Positions 1-8,469 of a DNA stretch of 35,082 nucleotides are shown here, piece by piece. The notes under the pieces are model-generated. The model did not search any database and was not told the origin of the DNA. It was given only the letters and a program-made list of their open reading frames with translations. Numbering within the stretch: position 1 is the stretch's first letter; every line of letters begins with the position of its first letter. Origin of the DNA: Candidatus Sumerlaeota bacterium (GTDB lineage: Bacteria > CG03 > SLGR01); the NCBI GenBank assembly GCA_007136585.1, contig SLGR01000092.1:1-35082 (forward strand), in the 5' to 3' direction. Made by a program: the position numbers and the translations under genes.

Positions 1-40
1 ATCATATTTATACCGTTTCGGTCAAGAGAGATTCGCAGGT

Positions 41-1216
41 CTATGCGGTACGCCCTTCCGCGGGGGAGGCCTCCTCAGCCTTTATGATAGAGTACTTGGC
101 AAGAAGGGGCCCGAATATTTCGTATATTACCGTTGTGGCTATTATAACCGAGAGCACATACCCTCCCGGGCCCGGGAAGAAACTGTTTATTATCATCGCC
201 ATACCCAGCGCGACACCCGCCTGGGGGGCAAGCCCCGCTCCCAGGTATCTCCGGTATATTCCGGGAAGCCCCATAACCCTTGCCGCCGCCCATACGCCGG
301 AAACCTTCCCCAGCATCCTCGCGATAATATATGTACCGCCCAGAACCGCGAACATCCCGGTAAGCGGGGTTTCAAGGCTGGCCCCGGCAAGAACGAAAAA
401 TATAAGATACAGAGGCGCATCCACTTTCCTGAGGTTCTCAAAAAAACTGAAACTCTCCCTGTTGAAATTAACCAGGGCCCCGGACATAACCATACTTGAA
501 AGAAGAACCGAAACCCCAAGAAGATGGGCCAGCCCCGAGTTCAGAAGTATGAACCCCAGGACATAGAGAAGTATCTCGGAAGGCCTGGATATATACCCGG
601 AGAATAAAGAGAATATCCATCCCATAGCCGTTCCAAGGATAAAAGAACCCGCCACCTCGGAGAGACCGTAAAACAGGCCCTGGGAAATCCCTTCACCCCC
701 GGAGAGCAGGGAAAAAAAGAGCGCAAATATAATCAGGCCCCAGACATCGGAGAAGGCGACAACCCCGAGGAGGGTATCCGTAAACCGCCCTTTCGCACGG
801 AGCTCCCTGACCACCATCACAACCGCAGGGGGCGCGGTTGCGGGGGCTACAGCAGAGAGAGCAAGCGATATAAAAAGATCCCCTGTCAGAAGGTACACCG
901 CAGCACCCGTGACCAGGCAGGCCGTAATACTCTGCGCAAGGGATATGTATATTACAGGGCGCCCTATCTCTCTGAGGCGCTGTATGGAAAAGTTCTGTCC
1001 CAGGCTGAAAGAGATCACACTCAGCGCAAAAGTTGATATCAGCCCGGAGGCCTCAAGAAACGCCCCGGAAACCACGTTCAGGAATACGGGGCCGGCCAGA
1101 ACTCCCAGTATCATATACGAAGTAACAGCGGGAAGACGGAGCCGGCGCAGTAGACCCGAGAGGGTCAGCGCTGAAAGAAAAATTATCCCCATCGAAAGCA
1201 GGGGATGGATATTCAT
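41..1216 (-). CDS. Monovalent cation:proton antiporter (CPA2 / Na+/H+-exchanger family membrane domain)
   Basis: 391-aa polytopic ORF. The N-terminus LSGLLRRLRLPAVTSYMILGVLAGP and the multiple hydrophobic helices are typical of the Na_H_Exchanger family. No C-terminal RCK/KTN domain. Its start overlaps the stop of the upstream CBS gene by 4 nt. Confidence 0.8.
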   Translation of the reverse strand: MNIHPLLSMGIIFLSALTLSGLLRRLRLPAVTSYMILGVLAGPVFLNVVSGAFLEASGLISTFALSVISFSLGQNFSIQRLREIGRPVIYISLAQSITACLVTGAAVYLLTGDLFISLALSAVAPATAPPAVVMVVRELRAKGRFTDTLLGVVAFSDVWGLIIFALFFSLLSGGEGISQGLFYGLSEVAGSFILGTAMGWIFSLFSGYISRPSEILLYVLGFILLNSGLAHLLGVSVLLSSMVMSGALVNFNRESFSFFENLRKVDAPLYLIFFVLAGASLETPLTGMFAVLGGTYIIARMLGKVSGVWAAARVMGLPGIYRRYLGAGLAPQAGVALGMAMIINSFFPGPGGYVLSVIIATTVIYEIFGPLLAKYSIIKAEEASPAEGRTA

Positions 1217-1695
1217 TTAATAATGCCTTTCTTTTTAAAAAGGGTGTATATTATATCAAAAAGCCCGAGAACTCCCTCCAGCCGTCCGTCGGGACCGGTA
1301 ACCAGAAGGAGCCTTGTATTGTTCTTTTTCATTACCGAGTAGGCCTTAAGTATTGAATCTCCGGGAGATACACTCATAAAGTCCGGTGACATTATCTCGT
1401 CGGCAACCACAAGTATCCCCATCTCCGGGGTTATATACTCCATCTCGAGCTCGTCCGAAGGGGCCTCGTCTATAAAAGGCATAGTCTGAAGAAGCCTGGT
1501 AATCTCTGAAGACCGCGGCTGGAAGACCGAGGTTATACCGTCAAGAGTTATGACCCCGGCAACCCTTCTCTCTCCCTCAACAACAGGGAGCACGTGAAAC
1601 CTGTGTTCCCTGAAGACCTTTATTATCTCCTTAAGCGGAGCGCCTCGCCTCACCGAAACCGGATCCGGATCTATGCACTCACTGACTTTTAACAT
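1213..1695 (-). CDS. CBS-domain pair protein (stand-alone, possible regulatory subunit)
   Basis: 160-aa ORF with two CBS-like modules (HRFHVLPVVEGERRVAGVITLDGI; NNTRLLLVTGPDGRLEGVLGLFDII). It overlaps both neighbours, by 7 nt and 4 nt. Confidence 0.8.
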   Translation of the reverse strand: MLKVSECIDPDPVSVRRGAPLKEIIKVFREHRFHVLPVVEGERRVAGVITLDGITSVFQPRSSEITRLLQTMPFIDEAPSDELEMEYITPEMGILVVADEIMSPDFMSVSPGDSILKAYSVMKKNNTRLLLVTGPDGRLEGVLGLFDIIYTLFKKKGIIK

Positions 1696-2552
1696 ACCAT
1701 TATATGCCTGTTCTTGCGTTCCCTGTCTATCTTCTCGGCTTTCAGCTTCTCCACCGAATTGTAATCAACATCAATACTGCCTATGGGGTTTTCATCGGGG
1801 CGGCTCCCGTGAGAATCGGAACCTCCTGTAACCAGGAGACCCAGGTCAGAAGCAAACCCGGCAAGTTTTCCGGACTGTCTGGCATCCTGTCCGGGGTGGT
1901 AGGCCTCTATCCCGCAGAGCCCCTGTTTTTTGAGTTTTCTCAGAAACGACTTATGCCCGCCCCCGTAAACCGGGTGCGCCACCACCGGAAGCCCCCCCAC
2001 CCTCTGTATCATACTTATGGCCTCGTCCGGGGTTACCCTGAGTTTCTTTACAAAAGCCGGGCGCCCCTGCTCAAGGTATTTTCTGAAAGCCTCCTGGGTA
2101 TCGGATACTATACCGGAATTCACAAGACACCTGGCAAAATGTATCCTGCTTATTGACCCCTCGCCCGCATAGGAAAAAAGCATCTGCTCATCTATATCAA
2201 CCCCTATTTTCTTCAGTTTGTTGAGTATATGTATGGCCCTTCTTTCCCTGGCCCTCTGGAAAACCTTAAGTTTTCCCTGAAACCAGTTATTCTCCCAGTT
2301 TATATAAAAGCCCAGCATATGTATCTCCGTGCCGTTATACTCGCACGAAAGCTCTATCCCCGGTATAACCTCTATCCCGTACCTGGCCCCCGCCTTAAGG
2401 GCGCGTTCGATCCCCTCGGTTATGTCATGGTCAGTAACGGCTATCGCCGAGACCCCTGCGCTTATGGCCGCCTCCACGGCCTCTTCGGGCTGGTAGGTGC
2501 CGTCCGAAAATGTGGTATGAATATGAAGATCCGCTTTTTTAATCGTGCTCAA
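1689..2552 (-). CDS. PHP-domain metal-dependent phosphoesterase, TrpH/YciV (RNase AM)-like
   Basis: 287 aa. PHP signature motifs are present: DLHIHTTFSDG at the N-terminus, VTDHD, AHP, and GGSDSHG near the C-terminus. Size and motif order match E. coli YciV/TrpH. Confidence 0.85.
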   Translation of the reverse strand: MSTIKKADLHIHTTFSDGTYQPEEAVEAAISAGVSAIAVTDHDITEGIERALKAGARYGIEVIPGIELSCEYNGTEIHMLGFYINWENNWFQGKLKVFQRARERRAIHILNKLKKIGVDIDEQMLFSYAGEGSISRIHFARCLVNSGIVSDTQEAFRKYLEQGRPAFVKKLRVTPDEAISMIQRVGGLPVVAHPVYGGGHKSFLRKLKKQGLCGIEAYHPGQDARQSGKLAGFASDLGLLVTGGSDSHGSRPDENPIGSIDVDYNSVEKLKAEKIDRERKNRHIMVC

Positions 2553-2554
2553 AG

Positions 2555-3949
2555 TTACTTCTTCCTTTTCTGCGCCTCTATCATCCTGCGTATCTCACCC
2601 CCTATATCCTCTTTGAGTTCCGCCATGCTCTCAAAGGCCTTTACCGCCCTGTCCCTGACCCTTTCTTCAACATCCTCAATAAGTTTCCGTATAACCGGAA
2701 CGGTTTCAGGGGTCCCTATCTCCCCGGCCGCCCAGGCCGCCGAGGCCCTCATCCACTTATCTGAATGCTCGGCCATCCTTTTAAGGACAGTCAGGGAGGC
2801 CTCCTGGTTATAGCGGTATATGGCAACACAGGCGTTTGCCCTCACCCTGTTATTGGGATCGCTGAGATAGGGCTTGAGCATCTTTTCCGCTATATTGGGA
2901 TCGGATATTGTTTTCGGGATCATCTCCACACCGTCGGCTCGGGCCCGGACATGAGGGTTCACATCAGTTATGACCATCCGTCCGTCTTTTCCCTTAAGCT
3001 CAATTTTCTCGGTCTTTTCCCCCGCAAGGGCTTTTGCCTGCATATTCAGAAGCTCAAGAAGCCGGTTCTGGTTTTCTTCAAACTGGCCTTCAAGGCGGTC
3101 TTTTATCTCCTCAAGATCTTTCTTAGCCTGACCCGAAGCCGAGAAAGAAACCTGCTTGACGGCTTCCCGCTGCCCGTCTATCATCTTGTTTATACTTCGG
3201 GCAACCCTTTCCTCAAGCTCCCCGGACTGCTCCTCGGCCTCCTTCAGACGGGCGGCGATCTTTTCTTCCAGTTCCTCAATCTGGTACTGCCCCTCATAAC
3301 TTGTATCACTCAGCCTTCTGAGCGCCCTGAATATGAGAAACCCCACCAGAAGGAAAAGAACTCCTCCCCCCGAGAGCCCGTAAAGAAGGATCCTACCCGA
3401 TCTCTCCCCCCTGTCACGGAGCGCTTCTATCTGCGCCGAATATTCCTCAATCTCCCCCTGTACCGATGAGAGTTCCTGCTGAAGAGTATCCCTCTGGGCT
3501 GTAAGCCGGTTTATCTGGTTCCTCAGCGATGCGTTCGCCGAGCGCTGGGCGGAAAGCTGCTCCCTGAGCTCACGGAGCTCCGGGGCGGGGTCAGGGGCGG
3601 CGGGACGGGGAGGTGAGACCTCCGCCTCCACGGCATCTATAAGCTCCCTTGCCTCCTCACCTTCGGGGTCTGCCTCAAGGGCCTTTCTGAAATATTCCAG
3701 GGCCCTGCTCTGCCTCTCCCTCTCAAGATGCGCTTTCCCTTCCTCAAGGTAGGAATTATAGAGCAGCCGGCGGGCGCGGGGATTATCCTCTATTTCAAGA
3801 ACCCTCTCAAAATCGGTTATCGCCTCAGTGTAATCTCCCCTCAGGTACCGGCGTATGCCTCTCTCCAGTATATCGGAGACCGCGGAGTGACCCGCCGAAA
3901 AAACCGTAAAGACCAGAATTATAACAGCTGAATATATTTTATTCCTCAC
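2555..3949 (-). CDS. Hypothetical bitopic membrane protein: signal/anchor + TPR + Pro-rich linker + coiled coil + TM + coiled coil + HEAT (PBS-lyase-like) repeats
   Basis: 464-aa ORF. Elements in order: N-terminal hydrophobic segment MRNKIYSAVIILVFTVFSAGHSA; TPR-like helices (YLRGDYTEAITDFERVLEIEDNP, ALEYFRKALEADP); PPRPAAPDPAPE linker; heptad-rich Q/E/R region; a single TM at about residues 187-207 (ILLYGLSGGGVLFLLVGFLIF); C-terminal HEAT-like repeats (NRVRANACVAIYRY..., DKWMRASAAWAAGEIG..., EERVRDRAVKAF). Confidence 0.6.
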   Translation of the reverse strand: MRNKIYSAVIILVFTVFSAGHSAVSDILERGIRRYLRGDYTEAITDFERVLEIEDNPRARRLLYNSYLEEGKAHLERERQSRALEYFRKALEADPEGEEARELIDAVEAEVSPPRPAAPDPAPELRELREQLSAQRSANASLRNQINRLTAQRDTLQQELSSVQGEIEEYSAQIEALRDRGERSGRILLYGLSGGGVLFLLVGFLIFRALRRLSDTSYEGQYQIEELEEKIAARLKEAEEQSGELEERVARSINKMIDGQREAVKQVSFSASGQAKKDLEEIKDRLEGQFEENQNRLLELLNMQAKALAGEKTEKIELKGKDGRMVITDVNPHVRARADGVEMIPKTISDPNIAEKMLKPYLSDPNNRVRANACVAIYRYNQEASLTVLKRMAEHSDKWMRASAAWAAGEIGTPETVPVIRKLIEDVEERVRDRAVKAFESMAELKEDIGGEIRRMIEAQKRKK

Positions 3950-5291
3950 CTAAATCAATAACCTCCTGTATGCGCCTGTAAAGGCTTAACACGTCCCTTG
4001 AATCCGGGTTCAGTTTTAGAGCCTCAACAAGATGAGACTCCGCTTCCAGGTACTCGCCTTCTTCAAGAAGCTCCCTGGCCTTTATGAGATGGTCAAGGTA
4101 CCATAGCTCTTCGTAATACGGCGCCAGGAGTTTTGCGTTCTCCAGCTTTACCCTGGCCTGCCTTATCCTTCCGGCGTAATACTCCCGGAGAATCTCTTTT
4201 TTCATTTCAGAGGCTCTCCCCAGGTTCAGTATTCTCGCACGCTCCTTCCACTCGCGTATATCTTCCTCAAGTTCAGTGATTCTCCTGTCGGCCCCATATC
4301 TCTCCCTGTACTTATCCACAGCGCCCAGAGCGCCGCGGATATCCTCCAGGTTGAAAAGCCTTACCGCCTCCAGGTACCGGGCCTCCCTTTCAAGCTCCTT
4401 TTCCTTCTCTTCAAGCTCCTCTTCCCTCCTGGAAGGGGATACCCCGAATTTCCGGGAATACTGGAAATAATGGGTATTATCATCCTCCCCGGATACGAAT
4501 GCGTATGCGAAATTCATCCTTTCGGAGAGTATCCCCAGCCCCGCGCTCCACTCATCTTCCCTTACCCCGCCTCTCAGGGCCAGGGCGGGGTCCGGAAATA
4601 TCTCTATCCCCGCGGAGTAGAAGCGTTCGGCATCCCTGAAATCTTCCATAAAATCCTCTATACTGACTTCTCCCGTTATATTAAGGAACCTGCTTGAGAA
4701 AAGACTTATCCCCGCCCTGAGACGCGGGGTAAGAGGCATATCCCCAAGAGACGAATCCGGAAACTCCAGCACGGGAGTATTCAGGTTATAAGCGGCGGCC
4801 CCGGCCTTCAGCCAGGAGACGGGGGTTAGCATCAGACCGGCGTCTGCGGCGAAAGCTTCTCCCCTCTCGCCGGAAGAAGTAACAGCAACCGCCCGGGCCG
4901 TTCCACCTGCCGAGAGCCACCTGAAAACCCTGAGAGAGAGAGAGAGAAGATAGTTCTGCATATGTTCCGAAGTGCCGCGGTACCCGGCCCCGACCCCGCC
5001 CGAGAGGCTTCCCCGGCGGCTGAACGGGTATATATACTCGGTATGAGCCATATGGGTATCCGGGCTGGTATTCCCGTAAAAAATACTAAACCGGCTGTAA
5101 GTAAGTTCCGCGGCCGAAGCGGGGTTAATAAGAGGGGAGATATGCTCCCCACCAAGAGCCGCGCCGCTTCCGGCAAGGGCCCTCACCCCGGCAGAGGGGC
5201 TCATATCGGGAAATATGGGCCCTTCCGAAGAAAGGGCCTTACCAGAAAACCCCAGTAAAACCGCGGCAGTAATGAGAAAGCTTTTTTTCAC
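3939..5291 (-). CDS. Hypothetical outer-membrane beta-barrel-like protein with C-terminal coiled-coil/TPR tail
   Basis: 450 aa with a Sec signal peptide (MKKSFLITAAVLLGFSGKALS). The N-terminal ~280 aa has alternating beta-strand character and the motif GVRALAGSGAALGG...INPASAA, which resembles PorV/TraF/FadL-like barrels. The C-terminal ~160 aa is a Glu/Arg-rich coil plus TPR-like helices (EGEYLEAESHLVEALKLNPDS). It overlaps the downstream gene by 11 nt and the upstream gene by 4 nt. Confidence 0.6.
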   Translation of the reverse strand: MKKSFLITAAVLLGFSGKALSSEGPIFPDMSPSAGVRALAGSGAALGGEHISPLINPASAAELTYSRFSIFYGNTSPDTHMAHTEYIYPFSRRGSLSGGVGAGYRGTSEHMQNYLLSLSLRVFRWLSAGGTARAVAVTSSGERGEAFAADAGLMLTPVSWLKAGAAAYNLNTPVLEFPDSSLGDMPLTPRLRAGISLFSSRFLNITGEVSIEDFMEDFRDAERFYSAGIEIFPDPALALRGGVREDEWSAGLGILSERMNFAYAFVSGEDDNTHYFQYSRKFGVSPSRREEELEEKEKELEREARYLEAVRLFNLEDIRGALGAVDKYRERYGADRRITELEEDIREWKERARILNLGRASEMKKEILREYYAGRIRQARVKLENAKLLAPYYEELWYLDHLIKARELLEEGEYLEAESHLVEALKLNPDSRDVLSLYRRIQEVIDLGEE

Positions 5292-5800
5292 GTATTCCCG
5301 CCTGCGTGTATTTCCGCAAGTTTAACGTACTCGCGGGCCCTTTCCGCAATCATCTTCATCTCGGCCTCGGAAACATCTCTTACTCTCCTGGCGGGAATAC
5401 CCATATAAACCCCGTTTTTCTCAAGAACCGTCCCGGAAGGGACAAGAGCGCAGGCCCCCACAAGGCAACCCCTCTCCACGCAGGCAGAATCCAGTATAAC
5501 CGCGTTTATCCCTATCAGGGACCCGGACCGCACCAGGCATCCGTGCAGTACAGCGCCGTGCCCCACCGTGACACCGTCTCCGATAACCGCGGGGGCGTTA
5601 TATCCTGTATGTATGATAGCTCCGTCCTGAATATTTGTCCTGTTGCCGATTATTATCCCGGATACGTCACCTCTCAGAACCGCTCCGGGCCATATCGAGG
5701 AACCGCTTCCTATCTTGACATCCCCGATAACGGCTGCCGATTCGGATATGAAAGCCGCCCGGCTTATATCCGGTTTTCTTCCCTTAAACCCGGAAATCAT
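5288..5800 (-). CDS. Gamma-class carbonic anhydrase-like / hexapeptide-repeat (LbH) protein, YrdA/PaaY family
   Basis: 170 aa. It shows the left-handed beta-helix hexapeptide periodicity and the family pattern IGDVKIGSGSSIWPGAVLRGD...IGNRTNIQDGAIIH...IGDGVTVGHGAVLHGC. Confidence 0.85.
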   Translation of the reverse strand: MISGFKGRKPDISRAAFISESAAVIGDVKIGSGSSIWPGAVLRGDVSGIIIGNRTNIQDGAIIHTGYNAPAVIGDGVTVGHGAVLHGCLVRSGSLIGINAVILDSACVERGCLVGACALVPSGTVLEKNGVYMGIPARRVRDVSEAEMKMIAERAREYVKLAEIHAGGNT

Positions 5801-5845
5801 ATTTTCCTCCCGGTGAGACCCGGAACCCCGTACACGGGGATGAAC

Positions 5846-6850
5846 TCAGCTTAAAGCAAATAACTGTATTAGAATATAACATAAAAAAGCTCCCGCAACC
5901 GGGGTCATTACCCACCCCGCGAATATGAACCTGAGTGACTGGAGGTTTATGGTCCTTGCCCCCTTTATAAGCCCAACCCCCGTTACAGCCCCGACCATAG
6001 CCTGTGAAGTAGATACCGGAACGCCTATCACTTTGCAGAAATGGACAGTCAGGGCCGAACCCAGCACGCATACAAAAGCCGAAAAGGGATCCAGCACGGT
6101 GATCTTACGCCCTATGGTTTCCATAACCTTCCTGGAGTAGGTAATTACCCCAAGGGACATCCCTATGCCTCCGACAGCGGCAGCCCTGAAGGCTGCAGCC
6201 CGGGAGTGGGGATCTCCGAAAACCCCGCTTATAAGAAACGGAGCCGTGGTAATGGCAGCGTGAGAAGCCCCCAGAGTATAGGCTCCGTAGGATCCGCTTA
6301 AGACCAGCAGGGCCCTGAAAACCCGGTTATATAGTATATCCGACCGTATAAAATAATTAACCGCCGGCGCAAGCACCCTGTAAAGGACATATACGACAAA
6401 AGCGGTTATAAGGGGATTTAAGACCCACACCGCGAACATCCTCATAAAAGCTTCCCACTCGGCTCCCGCCAGCCCCTGGAGGGCTATTCCTATCCCCATA
6501 ATACTTCCTATGGAAGCCTGCGAGGTAGAAGCCGGAACTGAGAGGTATGTAAGAACGGTTATGGTAAGAGCAGCTGAAAGAGCGGAAAAAAAAGCAAGGT
6601 CCCCGAGGTTCAGCCCGGAAACAGCGAATTCGGTCCCGGCCACACCGCCAACGCTGTCCATAAGACCCGGCCCCTCAACAATAGACCCTATCAGTATAAA
6701 TACCGCCGCAAGTATCACGGCGGACCTGTACCTCATGGCATCTGTGGCAACAGCCGGGCCGAATATATTTGCGGTATCGTTGGCCCCTACCCCCCATCCC
6801 AGGTATACACCGCCAAGAAACCTAAAGTGAGAAAGAAAACTCCACAGCAT
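5846..6850 (-). CDS. pit: Inorganic phosphate transporter, PiT (PHO4) family
   Basis: 334-aa polytopic ORF with the duplicated PiT signature (GANDTANIFGPAVAT near the N-terminus; PVSTSQAMVGAVTGVG near the C-terminus). Confidence 0.9.
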   Translation of the reverse strand: MLWSFLSHFRFLGGVYLGWGVGANDTANIFGPAVATDAMRYRSAVILAAVFILIGSIVEGPGLMDSVGGVAGTEFAVSGLNLGDLAFFSALSAALTITVLTYLSVPASTSQASIGSIMGIGIALQGLAGAEWEAFMRMFAVWVLNPLITAFVVYVLYRVLAPAVNYFIRSDILYNRVFRALLVLSGSYGAYTLGASHAAITTAPFLISGVFGDPHSRAAAFRAAAVGGIGMSLGVITYSRKVMETIGRKITVLDPFSAFVCVLGSALTVHFCKVIGVPVSTSQAMVGAVTGVGLIKGARTINLQSLRFIFAGWVMTPVAGAFLCYILIQLFALS

Positions 6851-7111
6851 AATTTTATATATTATAAAATATCAGACCACGCCGCAAACCTGAGTTTTTC
6901 ACTGACAGGCCGGGACCTGAACAAAAACCCTGGAATCAATTTTAAAATCATACCCGCAGAGTTCCGGATAACCTAATATAAACGGTTCAGAGTCAAGTAA
7001 AATTGAAGTTTGCTCTCAGCGCGGTAACCATAGCATTACAATTCAAAAGGCGACCAGATACTGAAAATTCCTGAAAGAAGTTCTCCTGATTTCCCTGAAA
7101 AAAATTTCCGT

Positions 7112-7154
7112 TAAAATAGAGAGGGCGCAAACGCAAACTGCGCTTACGCCCTCT
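7112..7154 (-). terminator. Rho-independent terminator downstream of the porin gene
   Basis: On the minus-strand RNA: AGAGGGCG-(19 nt, itself able to form GCGCA/UGCGC)-CGCCCUCU, followed by CUAUUUUAACGGAAAUUUUUUU. The structure begins ~30 nt after the porin stop codon. Confidence 0.55.
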
Positions 7155-7184
7155 GGTTTGTTAGATATTTACCCTGACTGCCGG

Positions 7185-8408
7185 TTAAAAATTCACCGCG
7201 TATTCAAGGGCGGCAAACCTTGCATCATCCAGACCGCTGGCATCAGGCATAAACTGGCTGTATGTGACAAATATGGAACTTGCCTCGCCTATGGGTGCGC
7301 TAAGCTTGACACCAACCTCGTCTCCTATATCATCTCCAGCCACCTCATCGCTGAGCATATAGTAATGGGCCATAAAATTGAGTCCCGGAACTATATCAAG
7401 GTTGAACCCCATTCCTATGGCCTCCAGGTCCGCCATTGATTTACCCGTAACGGCTGTCGCGTAGGCGTCCAGGTAATAATCATACCAGAACGTATCCATA
7501 AAGTAACCGTACATTGTGGCGGAACCAAACTCCTCGTTGTCTCCGGTAGCAGGATCGTCCCCGGTTGCCAGGAAATAATCCCCCTTAAGCGAAAGACCGT
7601 GGAAATCCGGTATATCATAGTTAAGCGCCGCATAGAGAAGCGAAGCATCGTAATCATTACCCCAAGCATCGCTCCCGGACTGCATTATATACTCGGCGTA
7701 ATGGCGGAAATTATCAAACCCGCCCTGCGCAAATATTCCGGCGAACTGTTTCTCGTCGCTCTCAAGGGCCGCATCATCCTTATTGCTGGCATAGTCAACT
7801 ATATAATATCCGGTAATATCGGTTACCGGCAGGGAATACGAGGCGGTAAGCCCGGTCTTATGCATACGGCTGTAGGCATCCTCCCTTGACCATCCTTCGC
7901 TGTTTAACCGGTAATGAAGAGCGCTTACTTCAAGCTCATCATACCCGTAGGAGGCCTTCAGACCGTCTAACCCGGCCCAGTCAGATGTAAGGACAAACCC
8001 CCGCCCCAGGAATATGTTCTGCCGCCCGATATCAAGAGAGAGGTTCTCTGTCAGAAGATCCGATACCCTGAGATACCCGGTCTGCAGCCGGAATGAACTG
8101 CCGCCCGTAGCCGGCCTCCACCCCCTGCCCAGTGCGGGCCAGTAATCGGAATCCTCTCCCATTGTGTTCTCAAACTCGGCAACTATATTTATATATACGT
8201 TCTCCGAAACGTTTCCGTCCAGACCCAGATGTATCCTGTTTCTCATAAACTCCTGGAAATCATCCGGATCATCCACAAGACCCATATTATCCATCATCTG
8301 CCAGCGCAGCCGGTACTGACCTGTAAAGTTCAAATCTTCCAGGTCAAACGCGTGCCCGCCTGATACAAGACCCAGGATTACAAGCAGCGAAATTACCTTG
8401 ATCTTCAT
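7185..8408 (-). CDS. Outer-membrane porin-like beta-barrel (alginate-export/AlgE-like family suspected)
   Basis: 407 aa. Signal peptide MKIKVISLLVILGLVSGGHA, aromatic/Gly/Asp-rich alternating strands, and a C-terminal ...LEYAVNF ending in Phe (the OMP C-terminal signature). A strong SD (GAGGAGGAA) precedes the ATG. Confidence 0.65.
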   Translation of the reverse strand: MKIKVISLLVILGLVSGGHAFDLEDLNFTGQYRLRWQMMDNMGLVDDPDDFQEFMRNRIHLGLDGNVSENVYINIVAEFENTMGEDSDYWPALGRGWRPATGGSSFRLQTGYLRVSDLLTENLSLDIGRQNIFLGRGFVLTSDWAGLDGLKASYGYDELEVSALHYRLNSEGWSREDAYSRMHKTGLTASYSLPVTDITGYYIVDYASNKDDAALESDEKQFAGIFAQGGFDNFRHYAEYIMQSGSDAWGNDYDASLLYAALNYDIPDFHGLSLKGDYFLATGDDPATGDNEEFGSATMYGYFMDTFWYDYYLDAYATAVTGKSMADLEAIGMGFNLDIVPGLNFMAHYYMLSDEVAGDDIGDEVGVKLSAPIGEASSIFVTYSQFMPDASGLDDARFAALEYAVNF

Positions 8409-8469
8409 ACATTCCTCCTCTTAATATCCTCCAACACCATCTGATTTTGTACTTTATGATCCAGGTAAA

